From the IMG/VR virus record IMGVR_UViG_3300047561_001131, positions 1-34,495 of that record: 34,495 nucleotides of DNA. The stretch is one strand, 5' to 3'. Under the pieces are notes generated by a model, which saw only the letters and a program-made list of their open reading frames with translations, did not search any database and was not told the DNA's origin. Positions within the stretch are counted from its first letter, which is position 1; every line of letters begins with the position of its first letter. Positions 17,881-27,133 of the stretch are shown in pieces. The stretch is from a virus. Taxonomy: Duplodnaviria; Caudoviricetes. Position numbers and translations under genes: made by a program.

Positions 17881-20618
17881 TGGATGAAGAGTTACAGGCA
17901 CTAGAAGCAGAACTGGCGCAGTTGCGAGCTGCTGTAAATGCTCCTGCAACTCCTACGGCAACACCAAATATGAGACCTGCCGTTGCTACTGGCGGCTTGC
18001 TTAACCTTGGTGACATCCTTACGTTTGGCCAACTTAGCAAAGGCATTGCAGCGGTTCCTGCTATTGGCCGTGATCTTTATGGACTGGCTACTGGTGCTGA
18101 GCCGCAAGACTACTACAGTCAAGAACTCGCAAAGGTAAACGCACTTAAAGATTTATACGCAGCAGAGAGAGACCGACAAAGTTTGTCTGGATTGGAAACC
18201 GCTCTTAGCTTTATGGCTCCTGTGCCTGCTGGCAAGGCAGAAGCGCTAATGTCCGTTGCTCGTCCTTTAAAAGAAGCTGGCTTAGGGTTAGCGGCTTATG
18301 GCGGGAGCGAATTAGGCGAAGCAACGATTGGTGGTACAGGCGGCGCTATAACTGGTGCGTTAGCCGCACCATCGTTACTTTCTTTGGGCAAGGCTGGCAT
18401 GAGAGCAATTGCTCCTTCTCTTGAAGAAGGCGGCAAAGGACTTCAACGTACCTCATTGGGAATTCGCCAATCTGATTATACCAAAACGGCACGAAATCAA
18501 ATTATTGAATCATTGCCTGGTGATTTTGAAACTACATTAAAAAACTCAGCGGATAGGCTTGTTGAAAACAAAACGTTAGGCACATCAACTAACCCTGATG
18601 TTTTATATTCAAACCTTCGTGACGCTAAGGAATCTACTGAAGGTGCAATTCAAGGCGTTTTGCAAGAAGTCGATAAGACTCGCAAAACGGGAATTATTCC
18701 ACGTTTGGATAAAACCCTTGAGTGGATTCAAACAAAAGCTCCTGCTACCGAAGTTAAGTATTACAAAGAAAAAGTTAATGAGTTTTTAAAAGCTCTTAAA
18801 GAACAAGGGCAGGGCTCTCTCGTTTATCTTAACCAGCAGAAAAAAGCGATTGGAGAAAACTGGAAACAATCGCCTGAAACTGACCCTACGTTTTGGCGGC
18901 GGTTTTATACCGACGTTAAAGATACGATTGAGGAATACGCACCTCAAGTAAAACAACTTAACAAAGACAAGCGTGATTTACTTGTTATTGAGCCAGTTTT
19001 AGAGCGAGTTAAAAGAGCTTCAGAAACGCCTTTAACACCTCAAAAACTTGCGGCGGCATTGTTTTATACTACAGGCCAACTTGGATTGCCCGGGGCTGCA
19101 ATGCTTACTGGTAGTCCTGTTCTTGGCACTGCCTTAGCTGGAGGACTTGCTCTTGCTGGTACCAAGCCAGGGCAAAGTTTGCTCGGTCGATCTTTGACTG
19201 CTACTGGTCGTGCTGGACAAGCATTGGAGCCTTCGTTATTGCAAACGACTCCACGAACAATAAGAGAAGCAACCAGCGAAATGTTGAGCAAAGAACAGTT
19301 TATTGCTCAACAATCATATTTGCATGGCACCTCCGAAGCTGGATTAAAAGCCATCGAAGAAGCAAAGGCGTTCATACCTAAAACAATTAACTACTCAGTT
19401 TTAGGCGAAGGCACTGTTTACGGAGCTAAACAAAACTCTTGGTGGTTTGATCCTGAAAAGGCAGCTGCCGGTCGAATGTGGGAACTTCCAAATAAAGTCC
19501 CAATGTATGTAAAGCCTGAAGCAAACATAACAAAAATTAACAATGATAAAGACTGGGAGAAACTTGCTTCAAAATTAAACATGACTGGAGAGGAATTGGC
19601 TTCGGCATTATATTTTGAACCTGGAGCGTCTAAAGCGAAAGTTCAACAAGCAAAAGTTGTTAAGCAAAAACTTATTGATTCTGGCGTTGATGCGATTGAG
19701 ATTGGCAAGCAGCCGGATTGGATTAAGTCAAAGGCAGTACAAGAATTAGAGAGTAAGTATATTGATATTTACTATAAGTTTCTTCAAAAAGGCGACACTG
19801 TTTTCAACGATGCCAATATCGTCAAGCGCCTACCAGTCGCTTTACTTGATAAACTAAAAGGGTTGACTGGATTTAAGAAATACGAATTTGGAGATGATCA
19901 ACTGGCGATTATAAATCACAAAGTTGCTGAACCAGCTGAATATGCTTACGAGCGATTACTTAAAAATGATCCAAGTAAGCTAATGAAAATGACACCGCAA
20001 GAACGGGAATTGTTGCCACCAGCAATTAAGGAACAAGCGTCACGTCTTGGGTACTTTGGCGCACGAGGAGCACAACAAGCAGGAGAACAAGCACCTGTAT
20101 CACCTGCTGCTATACCGACTGCTACACCTACCGAGGATACAGAAATTGCTGACCTTGAATCAGAGCTGGAGTCGTTACGGCAAATGCTACCGAAGCAAGA
20201 AGCTAAGGTTGGCAAACAAGACATAAGCATCCCTACTGGCAAGCAGTACGCACCTGCATCGTTGGTTAAGGCTGTGATGAAGGTTGAGTCAGGCGGTAAG
20301 CAAGAAGCGGTTAGCAGCAAAGGTGCTCGTGGGTTGATGCAGCTTATGCCAGCTACAGCTCGTGACCTTGGCGTGGATGCTAAAGACCCTAAGCAAAACG
20401 TTGAAGGTGGCAGTCGTTACCTCGCACAGCAGCTTAGTGAGTTTGGCGATGAGAGCCTTGCGTTGGCCGCTTATAACTGGGGACCTAACAACATTAAGCG
20501 AGCTATGGCTAAGGTAAGGGCCGAGGGCAAACGTCCAACCTGGGCCAATATAAAGGCTTACGTTAAGGTTCCAAAAGAAACACGAGAGTACGTCGATAAA
20601 GTTTTGAGTTTAATATGA
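17880..20618 (+). CDS. Large internal virion protein: glycine-zipper regions, ART-like domain, C-terminal soluble lytic transglycosylase
   Basis: SLT motifs KVESGG, GARGLMQLMP.TA, ALAAYNWG, ETREYV; ART-like YLHGT...LGEGTVY...GVDAI. Confidence 0.85.
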   Translation: MDEELQALEAELAQLRAAVNAPATPTATPNMRPAVATGGLLNLGDILTFGQLSKGIAAVPAIGRDLYGLATGAEPQDYYSQELAKVNALKDLYAAERDRQSLSGLETALSFMAPVPAGKAEALMSVARPLKEAGLGLAAYGGSELGEATIGGTGGAITGALAAPSLLSLGKAGMRAIAPSLEEGGKGLQRTSLGIRQSDYTKTARNQIIESLPGDFETTLKNSADRLVENKTLGTSTNPDVLYSNLRDAKESTEGAIQGVLQEVDKTRKTGIIPRLDKTLEWIQTKAPATEVKYYKEKVNEFLKALKEQGQGSLVYLNQQKKAIGENWKQSPETDPTFWRRFYTDVKDTIEEYAPQVKQLNKDKRDLLVIEPVLERVKRASETPLTPQKLAAALFYTTGQLGLPGAAMLTGSPVLGTALAGGLALAGTKPGQSLLGRSLTATGRAGQALEPSLLQTTPRTIREATSEMLSKEQFIAQQSYLHGTSEAGLKAIEEAKAFIPKTINYSVLGEGTVYGAKQNSWWFDPEKAAAGRMWELPNKVPMYVKPEANITKINNDKDWEKLASKLNMTGEELASALYFEPGASKAKVQQAKVVKQKLIDSGVDAIEIGKQPDWIKSKAVQELESKYIDIYYKFLQKGDTVFNDANIVKRLPVALLDKLKGLTGFKKYEFGDDQLAIINHKVAEPAEYAYERLLKNDPSKLMKMTPQERELLPPAIKEQASRLGYFGARGAQQAGEQAPVSPAAIPTATPTEDTEIADLESELESLRQMLPKQEAKVGKQDISIPTGKQYAPASLVKAVMKVESGGKQEAVSSKGARGLMQLMPATARDLGVDAKDPKQNVEGGSRYLAQQLSEFGDESLALAAYNWGPNNIKRAMAKVRAEGKRPTWANIKAYVKVPKETREYVDKVLSLI

Positions 20619-21172
20619 TTGATTTTGCTGCTTACAACAAAGAAGCCAGGTCATATGAGCGTTTTCTACAGCGCATAAGCATTTCCGATTCTGGTTGTTG
20701 GCAAATGACTGGATGGCATGATCGGGATGGGTACGCTCATTTTCATAAATCAAAACACCAAAGCAAGGCGCACAGAATTAGTTATGAATTTCACAACGGA
20801 TTAATACCGGCGGGGCTAACAATTGATCACCTTTGCAAAAATAAAGGGTGCGTAAATCCTGAGCATTTAGAAGCCGTTACTGCTCAAGAAAACGCAAGTC
20901 GTCATAATGCAGAAGGTTATAAGCAGTGGTGGTCTGCTTTATCAAATGAGGATAAAGCTGCTTTTGTAGAGAAATCTGGCAAAAAAGCATCACAGATAGC
21001 AGCAGCTAAAAAACTAACAGCTACGCATTGTAGGCGTGGGCATGAGTGGAAGCCAGAAACTACATACATTGTGCCAAGCAACGGGAGTAGACGATGTAAT
21101 GTTTGCTTTGCAGAGGTCCAAAAACGAGCTAGAACTAAGGCATCTAAAAGTTTAATTAAATCAAATAGTTAG
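20615..21172 (+). CDS. Free-standing HNH endonuclease
   Basis: CW..TG...GY, AHRISY, IDHLCKNKGCVNPEHLEAVT..EN, C-terminal THCRRGH...RRCNVC. Confidence 0.92.
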   Translation: MIDFAAYNKEARSYERFLQRISISDSGCWQMTGWHDRDGYAHFHKSKHQSKAHRISYEFHNGLIPAGLTIDHLCKNKGCVNPEHLEAVTAQENASRHNAEGYKQWWSALSNEDKAAFVEKSGKKASQIAAAKKLTATHCRRGHEWKPETTYIVPSNGSRRCNVCFAEVQKRARTKASKSLIKSNS

Positions 21173-21180
21173 GAGGATAC

Positions 21181-22596
21181 ATGGTTTGGGCTGGTGGGTC
21201 GTATACGAAAGGAAATAACGCAACTGGTGGTTGGACTGGCGATGCGTCGCTTGGTATCGGCATTGAGGCTGGTCGTCACGATACGCAGGATAATGACTTT
21301 GCTACAGGTATTAACCAATGCTTGAACAAGGATGGGTCTAACCCTGCTACTGGTCCTCTTAACGCAGGTGGCTTCAAGCTTACTAACGCAGCTGATGGCA
21401 CAGTAACCACAGACGCTACTACCCTTCGACAAGTTCAGGCACAAGCATACATTTGGTGCGGAACATCCGGTGGATCTGCCAATGCTCAAACTCTTACGCC
21501 ATCACCTGCTATTGCTGCGTATGCTGCTGGTCAGATGTTTCGCTTCATTGCTGGCTTTACAAGCACTGGCGCTTTAACGCTTCAGGTAAGCGGATTAGCA
21601 AGCCCTGTAACCTGCCTGATGAAGAACTCTAAGGTTGCGTTTGGCACCCTAGCTCCTGTCATGGCTGGCCTAACCTATGAGGCTCTTTACGATGGAACTA
21701 ATTTTCTTATCAGCGATTTACTTGAGTTAGGTCAATTTACTAACGATGCTGGCGCTGCACGTTTAAAGCTGTTCAAGTCTCGTGCAACTACGGCTGGAAC
21801 TAATACTATCGTTCAAAACGGCGATGGGTTGGGTCAGATTGATTTTTATGGCGCAAGTGGCAGTGAGTACACTCGTGGCGCATTTATTAACGCAACGGTA
21901 ACTGGAACTCCTGGCGCTACAAACGATATGCCAACGTCATTGACGTTTGCTACGGCGGCAGACGGTTCTGGAACACCAACGGAAAGAGCACGAATACTTC
22001 CATCAGGTGAAGTGTTAATTGGAACAACTACCTCAATAACTTCCGCCTACAAGTTACAAGTAGGAAGTGCCAGCGGTTCAAATTTGGCCGCTGTCATTGG
22101 AGGTTCTTCAGCTGTAGCTGATGGTGCTGCCTTAGCTATTTTTAACGGCGCAGCGGTTTCAGGACAAATAGGAAACTATTCAGCAATACAAGGTGGCGCA
22201 TACAATGGCGGCTTTACAGTAAAAAACTCTGGTAGTTCTTTGTATCTGATTGGAGTAACTGCCGCTGTTGGTACGCATTTCTTGAAATGGAATAACGTAT
22301 CCGGCGCTTGGACTTACGATACTTCATCCGCTCGATATAAGCAGGATATTGAAAACCTGCCTTATGGCCTTGATGAAGTGTTGGCAATGCGTCCTGTAAC
22401 ATTTACTTACAAAGCTGAACCAACTCGTCATGACGTTGGATTTATCGCTGAGGAGATGGAACAGGTAATTCCAGAAGTAGTAGCTAAAAATCTTGATGGT
22501 GAGCCTGATGCTATTAGTTATGACCGGCTCACATCTGTGTTGTGTAAAGCTATTCAAGAGCTTGAGGCACGAGTGGCCGCACTTGAGGGCGCATGA
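21181..22596 (+). CDS. Tail fibre with C-terminal intramolecular chaperone (Peptidase S74)
   Basis: DFATGINQCLNKDG anchor; SSARYKQDI...GFIAEE...PEVV...Y..L...L.KAIQEL; AGGAGG RBS. Confidence 0.9.
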   Translation: MVWAGGSYTKGNNATGGWTGDASLGIGIEAGRHDTQDNDFATGINQCLNKDGSNPATGPLNAGGFKLTNAADGTVTTDATTLRQVQAQAYIWCGTSGGSANAQTLTPSPAIAAYAAGQMFRFIAGFTSTGALTLQVSGLASPVTCLMKNSKVAFGTLAPVMAGLTYEALYDGTNFLISDLLELGQFTNDAGAARLKLFKSRATTAGTNTIVQNGDGLGQIDFYGASGSEYTRGAFINATVTGTPGATNDMPTSLTFATAADGSGTPTERARILPSGEVLIGTTTSITSAYKLQVGSASGSNLAAVIGGSSAVADGAALAIFNGAAVSGQIGNYSAIQGGAYNGGFTVKNSGSSLYLIGVTAAVGTHFLKWNNVSGAWTYDTSSARYKQDIENLPYGLDEVLAMRPVTFTYKAEPTRHDVGFIAEEMEQVIPEVVAKNLDGEPDAISYDRLTSVLCKAIQELEARVAALEGA

Positions 22597-23012
22597 AGCA
22601 GCTCAGGTTAGTCAGAGTTACAGAGCATAACGGCGCTACAATGGGCGTCCTCTGTATTGATGGCTCGCCTGAGTTAGTAACGCTGGAGGATCCCTGGCGA
22701 TACAACGAGAAGTTAATTAGCTGTATCCCAGTTGGTCGTTACAAATTAAAACTCCATCGTAGTCCTAAGTTTGGTCTGACCTACCAGATTATGGATGTGC
22801 CTGAGCGTAGCCAGATATTGATTCACGCTGGCAACACGCACAAGGACACCCATGGTTGTGTCTTGGTAGGTTTGCAGTTTGGCAAACTTGGAAGTGAATC
22901 AGCGATATTAGCGAGCAAGTCGGCGTTCCAAAAGTTCATGGAACTTATGGGGAACACTCCCGAAGCAGAGATTGTAGTTATAGATGCTTACGGTGGCGGG
23001 AGGGTACATTGA
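22593..23012 (+). CDS. DUF5675-family protein (candidate endolysin)
   Basis: T.G.L..DG, TLE.PW, SCIP.GRY, VP.RS.ILIH.GN..D..GC.LVG. Confidence 0.8.
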   Translation: MKQLRLVRVTEHNGATMGVLCIDGSPELVTLEDPWRYNEKLISCIPVGRYKLKLHRSPKFGLTYQIMDVPERSQILIHAGNTHKDTHGCVLVGLQFGKLGSESAILASKSAFQKFMELMGNTPEAEIVVIDAYGGGRVH

Positions 23013-23251
23013 CGGACGGAGATTTTACACAAATACGTTATTGGTTTGACCTTGCCATAAAAGCAATCATTGGTGTCGTCATATCCATTGTCGGCATGGA
23101 CTACAGGTCGGTTAAAAATTCACTTCATGAGCTTGAGCAATCTAAATATCAAGTGACGATGGAAGTGCAGATTCTCAAGGCCGAGCTTAACAACATCCAG
23201 TCTCAAATTGAGCGCATGGATAAGAAGCTCGACAAGGTACTGGAAAAATGA
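23009..23251 (+). CDS. Single-TM plus coiled-coil protein (holin/antiholin-like)
   Basis: Hydrophobic LAIKAIIGVVISIVG followed by heptads; located in the lysis cassette. Confidence 0.55.
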   Translation: MTDGDFTQIRYWFDLAIKAIIGVVISIVGMDYRSVKNSLHELEQSKYQVTMEVQILKAELNNIQSQIERMDKKLDKVLEK

Positions 23252-24060
23252 AATGGCTGTTGACGCTTATGGTGCTGACGTTAGCACCACAAGCTGTGGC
23301 AGCTCCCAGCCTATTGGCCATGTGTCACAAGGACTGGAACTGTGACGCAACGGTTAAGATGTACCGTAGCCATGATACGCTTTACCTTGGTTGGCTAACC
23401 AATACGTTTGGTGAAAAATGCTCCTGCCCTAAACGGCTCATGAGCGACGCTAGGCCAAAGGTTGTTCGGGTGCACCTGGCTAATGGTCCCTGCATGAGAA
23501 ACAAGCGCTGTGGCCGTTATGAGGCTTTCTACGGGTACAACAAGGTATCAGCGACCAGAGCCATCCTCCGTGGCGATACTAAGCTGATGGGATACTTTGA
23601 TAAGCAGTTAAATGACCTGGCTGTGATGTTGAACAGCTCGACTAACCTGACGTGTTACGTCAGTCCATGTTTGGAGTGTGACCTGAATGAAAGTGCCAGA
23701 AGAGTTCTCCTCAATAGGGTGTCTGCTGCTTTGCCTCAGTGTATTCCTGTGGACAATCCTCACTGGCAACGCTGTGCCAAGGGATACCATTGTGAAGGAC
23801 ACGGACAGGCTCCTACAGTGTCTCGACCGTGTATAGTGGACTTAGACGGCAAGGATGGCCGTACCCTTAACCTTAAGAAATGGGTAGACCGATACCGTAC
23901 GTGTGATTTAGCCTATTACTGGGAACCCTGGATGAACTGCATACGGGGTGGCTTTGTTGATCCACGGCGCAGGAACTGCAAGTACGATAGCGCCACGTTT
24001 ATTAGAACACGGAGAATCTTATGCCGGTACTTCTTGCATCCATTATTCGGCACCTGCTGA
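23248..24060 (+). CDS. Secreted cysteine-rich protein of unknown function
   Basis: Signal peptide MKWLLTLMVLTLAPQAVA; 18 Cys in 270 aa. Confidence 0.7.
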   Translation: MKWLLTLMVLTLAPQAVAAPSLLAMCHKDWNCDATVKMYRSHDTLYLGWLTNTFGEKCSCPKRLMSDARPKVVRVHLANGPCMRNKRCGRYEAFYGYNKVSATRAILRGDTKLMGYFDKQLNDLAVMLNSSTNLTCYVSPCLECDLNESARRVLLNRVSAALPQCIPVDNPHWQRCAKGYHCEGHGQAPTVSRPCIVDLDGKDGRTLNLKKWVDRYRTCDLAYYWEPWMNCIRGGFVDPRRRNCKYDSATFIRTRRILCRYFLHPLFGTC

Positions 24061-24206
24061 CCCTTGCGGCTGGTGGCTTGCTCACCATTGGCGTATCTGA
24101 GGCTGACGCTACCAACCTTGTAACTGCCGCTGAGCCGATTGTAGGTGGTGCGGTGTTGTACGGCCTTGGTCAGGCTTGGAGTTTCTTCGATAAGAAGAAG
24201 CGCTAA
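24021..24206 (+). CDS. Putative two-TM holin
   Basis: SIIRHLLTLAAGGL...IVGGAVL...WS..DKKKR with a basic C-terminus. Confidence 0.7.
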   Translation: MPVLLASIIRHLLTLAAGGLLTIGVSEADATNLVTAAEPIVGGAVLYGLGQAWSFFDKKKR

Positions 24207-24586
24207 AAAAACCTACTGTTAATTCGTAGGTTGTAGCGTTTCTTTGCGAAGCGTTTAAGTTCCTCCGGGTCAGTCTTGAGCTTTCCAACTCTTGCTCTAA
24301 TTGCCGATACCTTTGAACTGTCATCAAAAAGCATATCGCAAATGTAGGCTAGGTTGAACGGTGCTGCTTTTAGCTCGTAGAAAAACCAGTCTAACCCTTG
24401 AGTGTAGGTAGCTGACAGATCAGGCGTTGGGGCAACGTAATCGGTAATGGCCTTATCAATGACCGCCAACCACAGTAACCCTTCAGGTGTGTTTACTTCT
24501 TCTGGTCCTGGGTCGGACTCGATGTCTGCGTAACCTTTGGTTTTACCAACGTTAGCCAATCTTCGAGGAACATTGTCACTAGCCAT
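24203..24586 (-). CDS. Conserved phage protein (start uncertain)
   Basis: PE..LW.AVI..AI.D...WF...F...CD pattern; overlaps the resolvase 3' end. Confidence 0.6.
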   Translation of the reverse strand: MASDNVPRRLANVGKTKGYADIESDPGPEEVNTPEGLLWLAVIDKAITDYVAPTPDLSATYTQGLDWFFYELKAAPFNLAYICDMLFDDSSKVSAIRARVGKLKTDPEELKRFAKKRYNLRINSRFF

Positions 24587-24846
24587 GGTTTGTGGTTTTT
24601 CCGGTGTACACATATTGGGGTCTTGTCCTTGCAGTCATTGAGCGACTGCTCCATTGCCTTGTCGATGTTGAGCGACTGAACAACCTTACATTCGATGTGG
24701 TAATCGCTTAATTCGGTGCACACTACATCTGGGTCGCCATTAGAGCCACAAAACTGCTGGCCTCTACGAGCTTCAAACCCATGCTCCTTTAGCTTATTAG
24801 CCAGCTCTCGCTCGCCTCTGGCACCCTTGGCTCTACTGTTTACCAT
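24493..24846 (-). CDS. Holliday junction resolvase (Hjc-like PD-(D/E)xK)
   Basis: NSRAKGARGERE, PDVV, HIECK, HRKNHKPWLVTM. Confidence 0.85.
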   Translation of the reverse strand: MVNSRAKGARGERELANKLKEHGFEARRGQQFCGSNGDPDVVCTELSDYHIECKVVQSLNIDKAMEQSLNDCKDKTPICVHRKNHKPWLVTMFLEDWLTLVKPKVTQTSSPTQDQKK

Positions 24847-25226
24847 TAGTCTACCTGCTTAATTGTAAACGTTTCTTTCAAAACGCTTTTTAACTTTTTA
24901 AGCTCTTTAAGTTTGCGGCGCACATGAGCATGAAACGTGTGTAGTTTTGATTCTTTTGCCTCAAGCCTTGTTTCGTACTGCTCTAAGCGAAACCGAGCGA
25001 TTCGTAACTGAGTCCATTGAGTATGGATATAATCAGCCTCATCAATAACTATGTTTTGCTTACCTAACCTATATCCAACGAGGAACCCATCTTTGATAGC
25101 GTCGTAATGACTACCTTTTTTTATTGATGAATAGTTTTCAATCATAAACTGAGCGGCAAGGTCGTCCAAATGAACTAAATCATCCTGCCATCGTTCATGT
25201 TGTGTTTTGTCTGTGCTGTATTGCAT
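24846..25226 (-). CDS. Hypothetical protein with coiled-coil C-terminus
   Basis: GAGGAGAC RBS before ATG at 25226; coupled on both sides. Confidence 0.6.
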   Translation of the reverse strand: MQYSTDKTQHERWQDDLVHLDDLAAQFMIENYSSIKKGSHYDAIKDGFLVGYRLGKQNIVIDEADYIHTQWTQLRIARFRLEQYETRLEAKESKLHTFHAHVRRKLKELKKLKSVLKETFTIKQVD

Positions 25227-25834
25227 TAGTAATAAGTCTCCTCTTTGTCTGCTACTGACCATCGGTCACAAGTTTCGGCGGTGTAAACCACGTCCACGGT
25301 TTTATAGTTGCGGGTGGCAGCGTCTGGAACGTTTCCAATAAAGAATCCGTCTTTGAAGAGGACTCTATTGGTTGGCAGACATCCAATTTGTCCGTTTTCC
25401 AGCAGAAGTATATGGGCGCATTTATTTTGGTCGGGATGTAGCAACCAGCCAGACTTAGCATCACAATCAGGAAGCCAATCCACTGTGCAATAATAAGTGG
25501 CGCTAAGCTTAGTTTTGTCACGGAGTATCGCCTCACACTGGTAGTCTCTTAGCAGGTCAAATACGGTAACTACCGGCTTGTAGCTAAAGCAGTCCCAAAG
25601 CTGTAAATCCTCGACCGACCGCTCGTCTACAACCGCAGGAGCATGATGACACAACCAGTGAAGCGGCACATGACGAAAATGAGCACCCGATTTAAGCAGA
25701 ACATGGAAGTGCAATGCTCGTCCCTTCATGGACTGCACCGCAAACGCTACCCCCTCCTCAAAGCCTGACTCCTCACCACTTGTGAGGTACTCCCGTTTAA
25801 TCCAAACCTTGAGTGGGGGTATATCAGCGTTCAT
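25226..25834 (-). CDS. Conserved phage hypothetical protein
   Basis: V..EYL, GRAL.F.VLL..GA, LQLWDCFSY, K..H...L.NG.....P.NR motifs familiar from aquatic phages. Confidence 0.75.
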   Translation of the reverse strand: MNADIPPLKVWIKREYLTSGEESGFEEGVAFAVQSMKGRALHFHVLLKSGAHFRHVPLHWLCHHAPAVVDERSVEDLQLWDCFSYKPVVTVFDLLRDYQCEAILRDKTKLSATYYCTVDWLPDCDAKSGWLLHPDQNKCAHILLLENGQIGCLPTNRVLFKDGFFIGNVPDAATRNYKTVDVVYTAETCDRWSVADKEETYY

Positions 25835-26016
25835 TTCTTTGTTTCCTTGTTAAGCCGCTCTTGAGTCAGTGCCTCACTGCTCCACCGAATGATGGCGGCG
25901 TCCTGACTGATCGTGGCTGGGTCTATCTTGCCTCGCTCTACAGACGCCTTGTGCTGTGCTTCCAACTTGCGCCACAACTGGTCCTTAAATAGTTCACTCA
26001 CTGGCTTGATCATCAC
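25831..26016 (-). CDS. Hypothetical protein
   Basis: 61-aa ORF with GAGG upstream, coupled. Confidence 0.5.
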   Translation of the reverse strand: MMIKPVSELFKDQLWRKLEAQHKASVERGKIDPATISQDAAIIRWSSEALTQERLNKETKK

Positions 26017-26254
26017 AACGCCTCACTACAATACCCTGACCCGACATATTGTGAATCTCGACTACTTCACAGTGCAGAACGCTATCCAAAAGCAGCTTCG
26101 CCATAACATCTGGCGAAACGTGGTAGTTCTCATCGATTAACGCTCTCAGTTCTGGCCGTGGCTCGTACTGAAATTGCCAATCGTCGTTACGGCGTATGTG
26201 CAAAACCACTTCCCATTTGCCGTCTATCACCCTAAAAAGACTATAAAGTTTCAT
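25994..26254 (-). CDS. Hypothetical protein
   Basis: 86-aa ORF with GAGGA RBS. Confidence 0.6.
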   Translation of the reverse strand: MKLYSLFRVIDGKWEVVLHIRRNDDWQFQYEPRPELRALIDENYHVSPDVMAKLLLDSVLHCEVVEIHNMSGQGIVVRRCDDQASE

Positions 26255-26262
26255 AAAGTCCT

Positions 26263-26583
26263 CTAGAAAGGTATATCGTCATCTTCAAACTTAACCGCTT
26301 TTACGGTCTGTTTGACCACAGCGCTAAGGGAGCCTGATTCCACGGCGGCCCACTTATGTTCCTCACGGTCAGCGGCGTTCCCACTGTTCCAGGCGATAGC
26401 TTGCTCCAACAGTTCAACCAAGGCTCGTAAATCGTCCTGGTACAGGTATTTAGTGTCAGTCCATGTGTTGGTCTGCTTATTAAGGTAGGATTTTCTCATT
26501 GTAAATGAGACCCTTCCCTCGTCGTTTTGCCATGCGGCAATATCGATTCCCTTGTTTCGCCATGTTTTAGCTGGTTTCGCCAT
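26263..26583 (-). CDS. SSB-like / PC4-like ssDNA-binding protein
   Basis: Acidic tail EDDDIPF; I.IAAW.N...SF...KSY.....W..T.Y core. Confidence 0.7.
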   Translation of the reverse strand: MAKPAKTWRNKGIDIAAWQNDEGRVSFTMRKSYLNKQTNTWTDTKYLYQDDLRALVELLEQAIAWNSGNAADREEHKWAAVESGSLSAVVKQTVKAVKFEDDDIPF

Positions 26584-26591
26584 AAATCCCC

Positions 26592-26620
26592 TTGATAAAG
26601 ACTACAAAAGCACTTAGTAT
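26592..26620 (+). promoter_or_regulatory. Candidate sigma70 promoter for the rightward island
   Basis: TTGATA-17-TAGTAT in a divergent intergenic gap. Confidence 0.5.
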
Positions 26621-26654
26621 CTACAAGAACCGTACAGAAACCGCAAGGTAATTT

Positions 26655-26843
26655 ATGACAGATGAAGAAAAAAACAATTACGTTCCGATAAGCGCAGCTA
26701 AAACCTATTTTGCCGTTTCGGATATGACGATACGCACCTGGCTAAAAGCTGGCTGTCCTCATTTAAAGCTCAAGACTCACCGCCGTGTAAAAATTGCAGA
26801 CATGGAAGCATGGCTAAAGGAGCGTCATGATAAAACAGCATAA
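26655..26843 (+). CDS. Excisionase/MerR-like winged HTH DNA-binding protein
   Basis: AAKTYFAVSDMTIRTWLKAGCP...RVKIADMEAWL. Confidence 0.8.
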   Translation: MTDEEKNNYVPISAAKTYFAVSDMTIRTWLKAGCPHLKLKTHRRVKIADMEAWLKERHDKTA

Positions 26844-27117
26844 ACCCATCATCACTGACCTGCATCAGCGGCTCTACAGCATCCTGCCAGAGTATGCGCC
26901 GATCTCAACGCATGAGGGCGACCGCACTGGTACGTTTAAGGCTGTGGACAGTGACGGGAATGTTTTCCTGGTTGACTATGAGGCTGGTGAAAATGGCCTT
27001 AGGCGCAATAAACGTTTCTTCTGCGACTACGGACAACTGGTGGCTAATTCATCGCTTAAAAGCGAGCCTAAGAGGTGTGCGCCGAGTGAGAATTGGACTT
27101 TGACGCTGCTTGGATAA
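26827..27117 (+). CDS. Hypothetical protein
   Basis: 96 aa, AAGGAG RBS, coupled to the HTH gene. Confidence 0.65.
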   Translation: MIKQHKPIITDLHQRLYSILPEYAPISTHEGDRTGTFKAVDSDGNVFLVDYEAGENGLRRNKRFFCDYGQLVANSSLKSEPKRCAPSENWTLTLLG

Positions 27118-27128
27118 TGCTGTAAATT
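27100..27128 (+). promoter_or_regulatory. Sigma70 promoter with no downstream ORF
   Basis: TTGACG (27100-27105), 17-nt spacer, TAAATT (27123-27128). Confidence 0.6.
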
Positions 27129-27133
27129 GAAGG

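Noticed and set aside
243-23802. Numerous antisense and alternate-frame ORFs in the track (e.g. 13180-13761, 16833-17402, 7390-7845)
   Set aside because: They shadow well-supported genes and lack RBSs or motifs.
26655-26843. Evidence of a temperate integration module
   Set aside because: An excisionase-like HTH alone is insufficient; no integrase or att site found.
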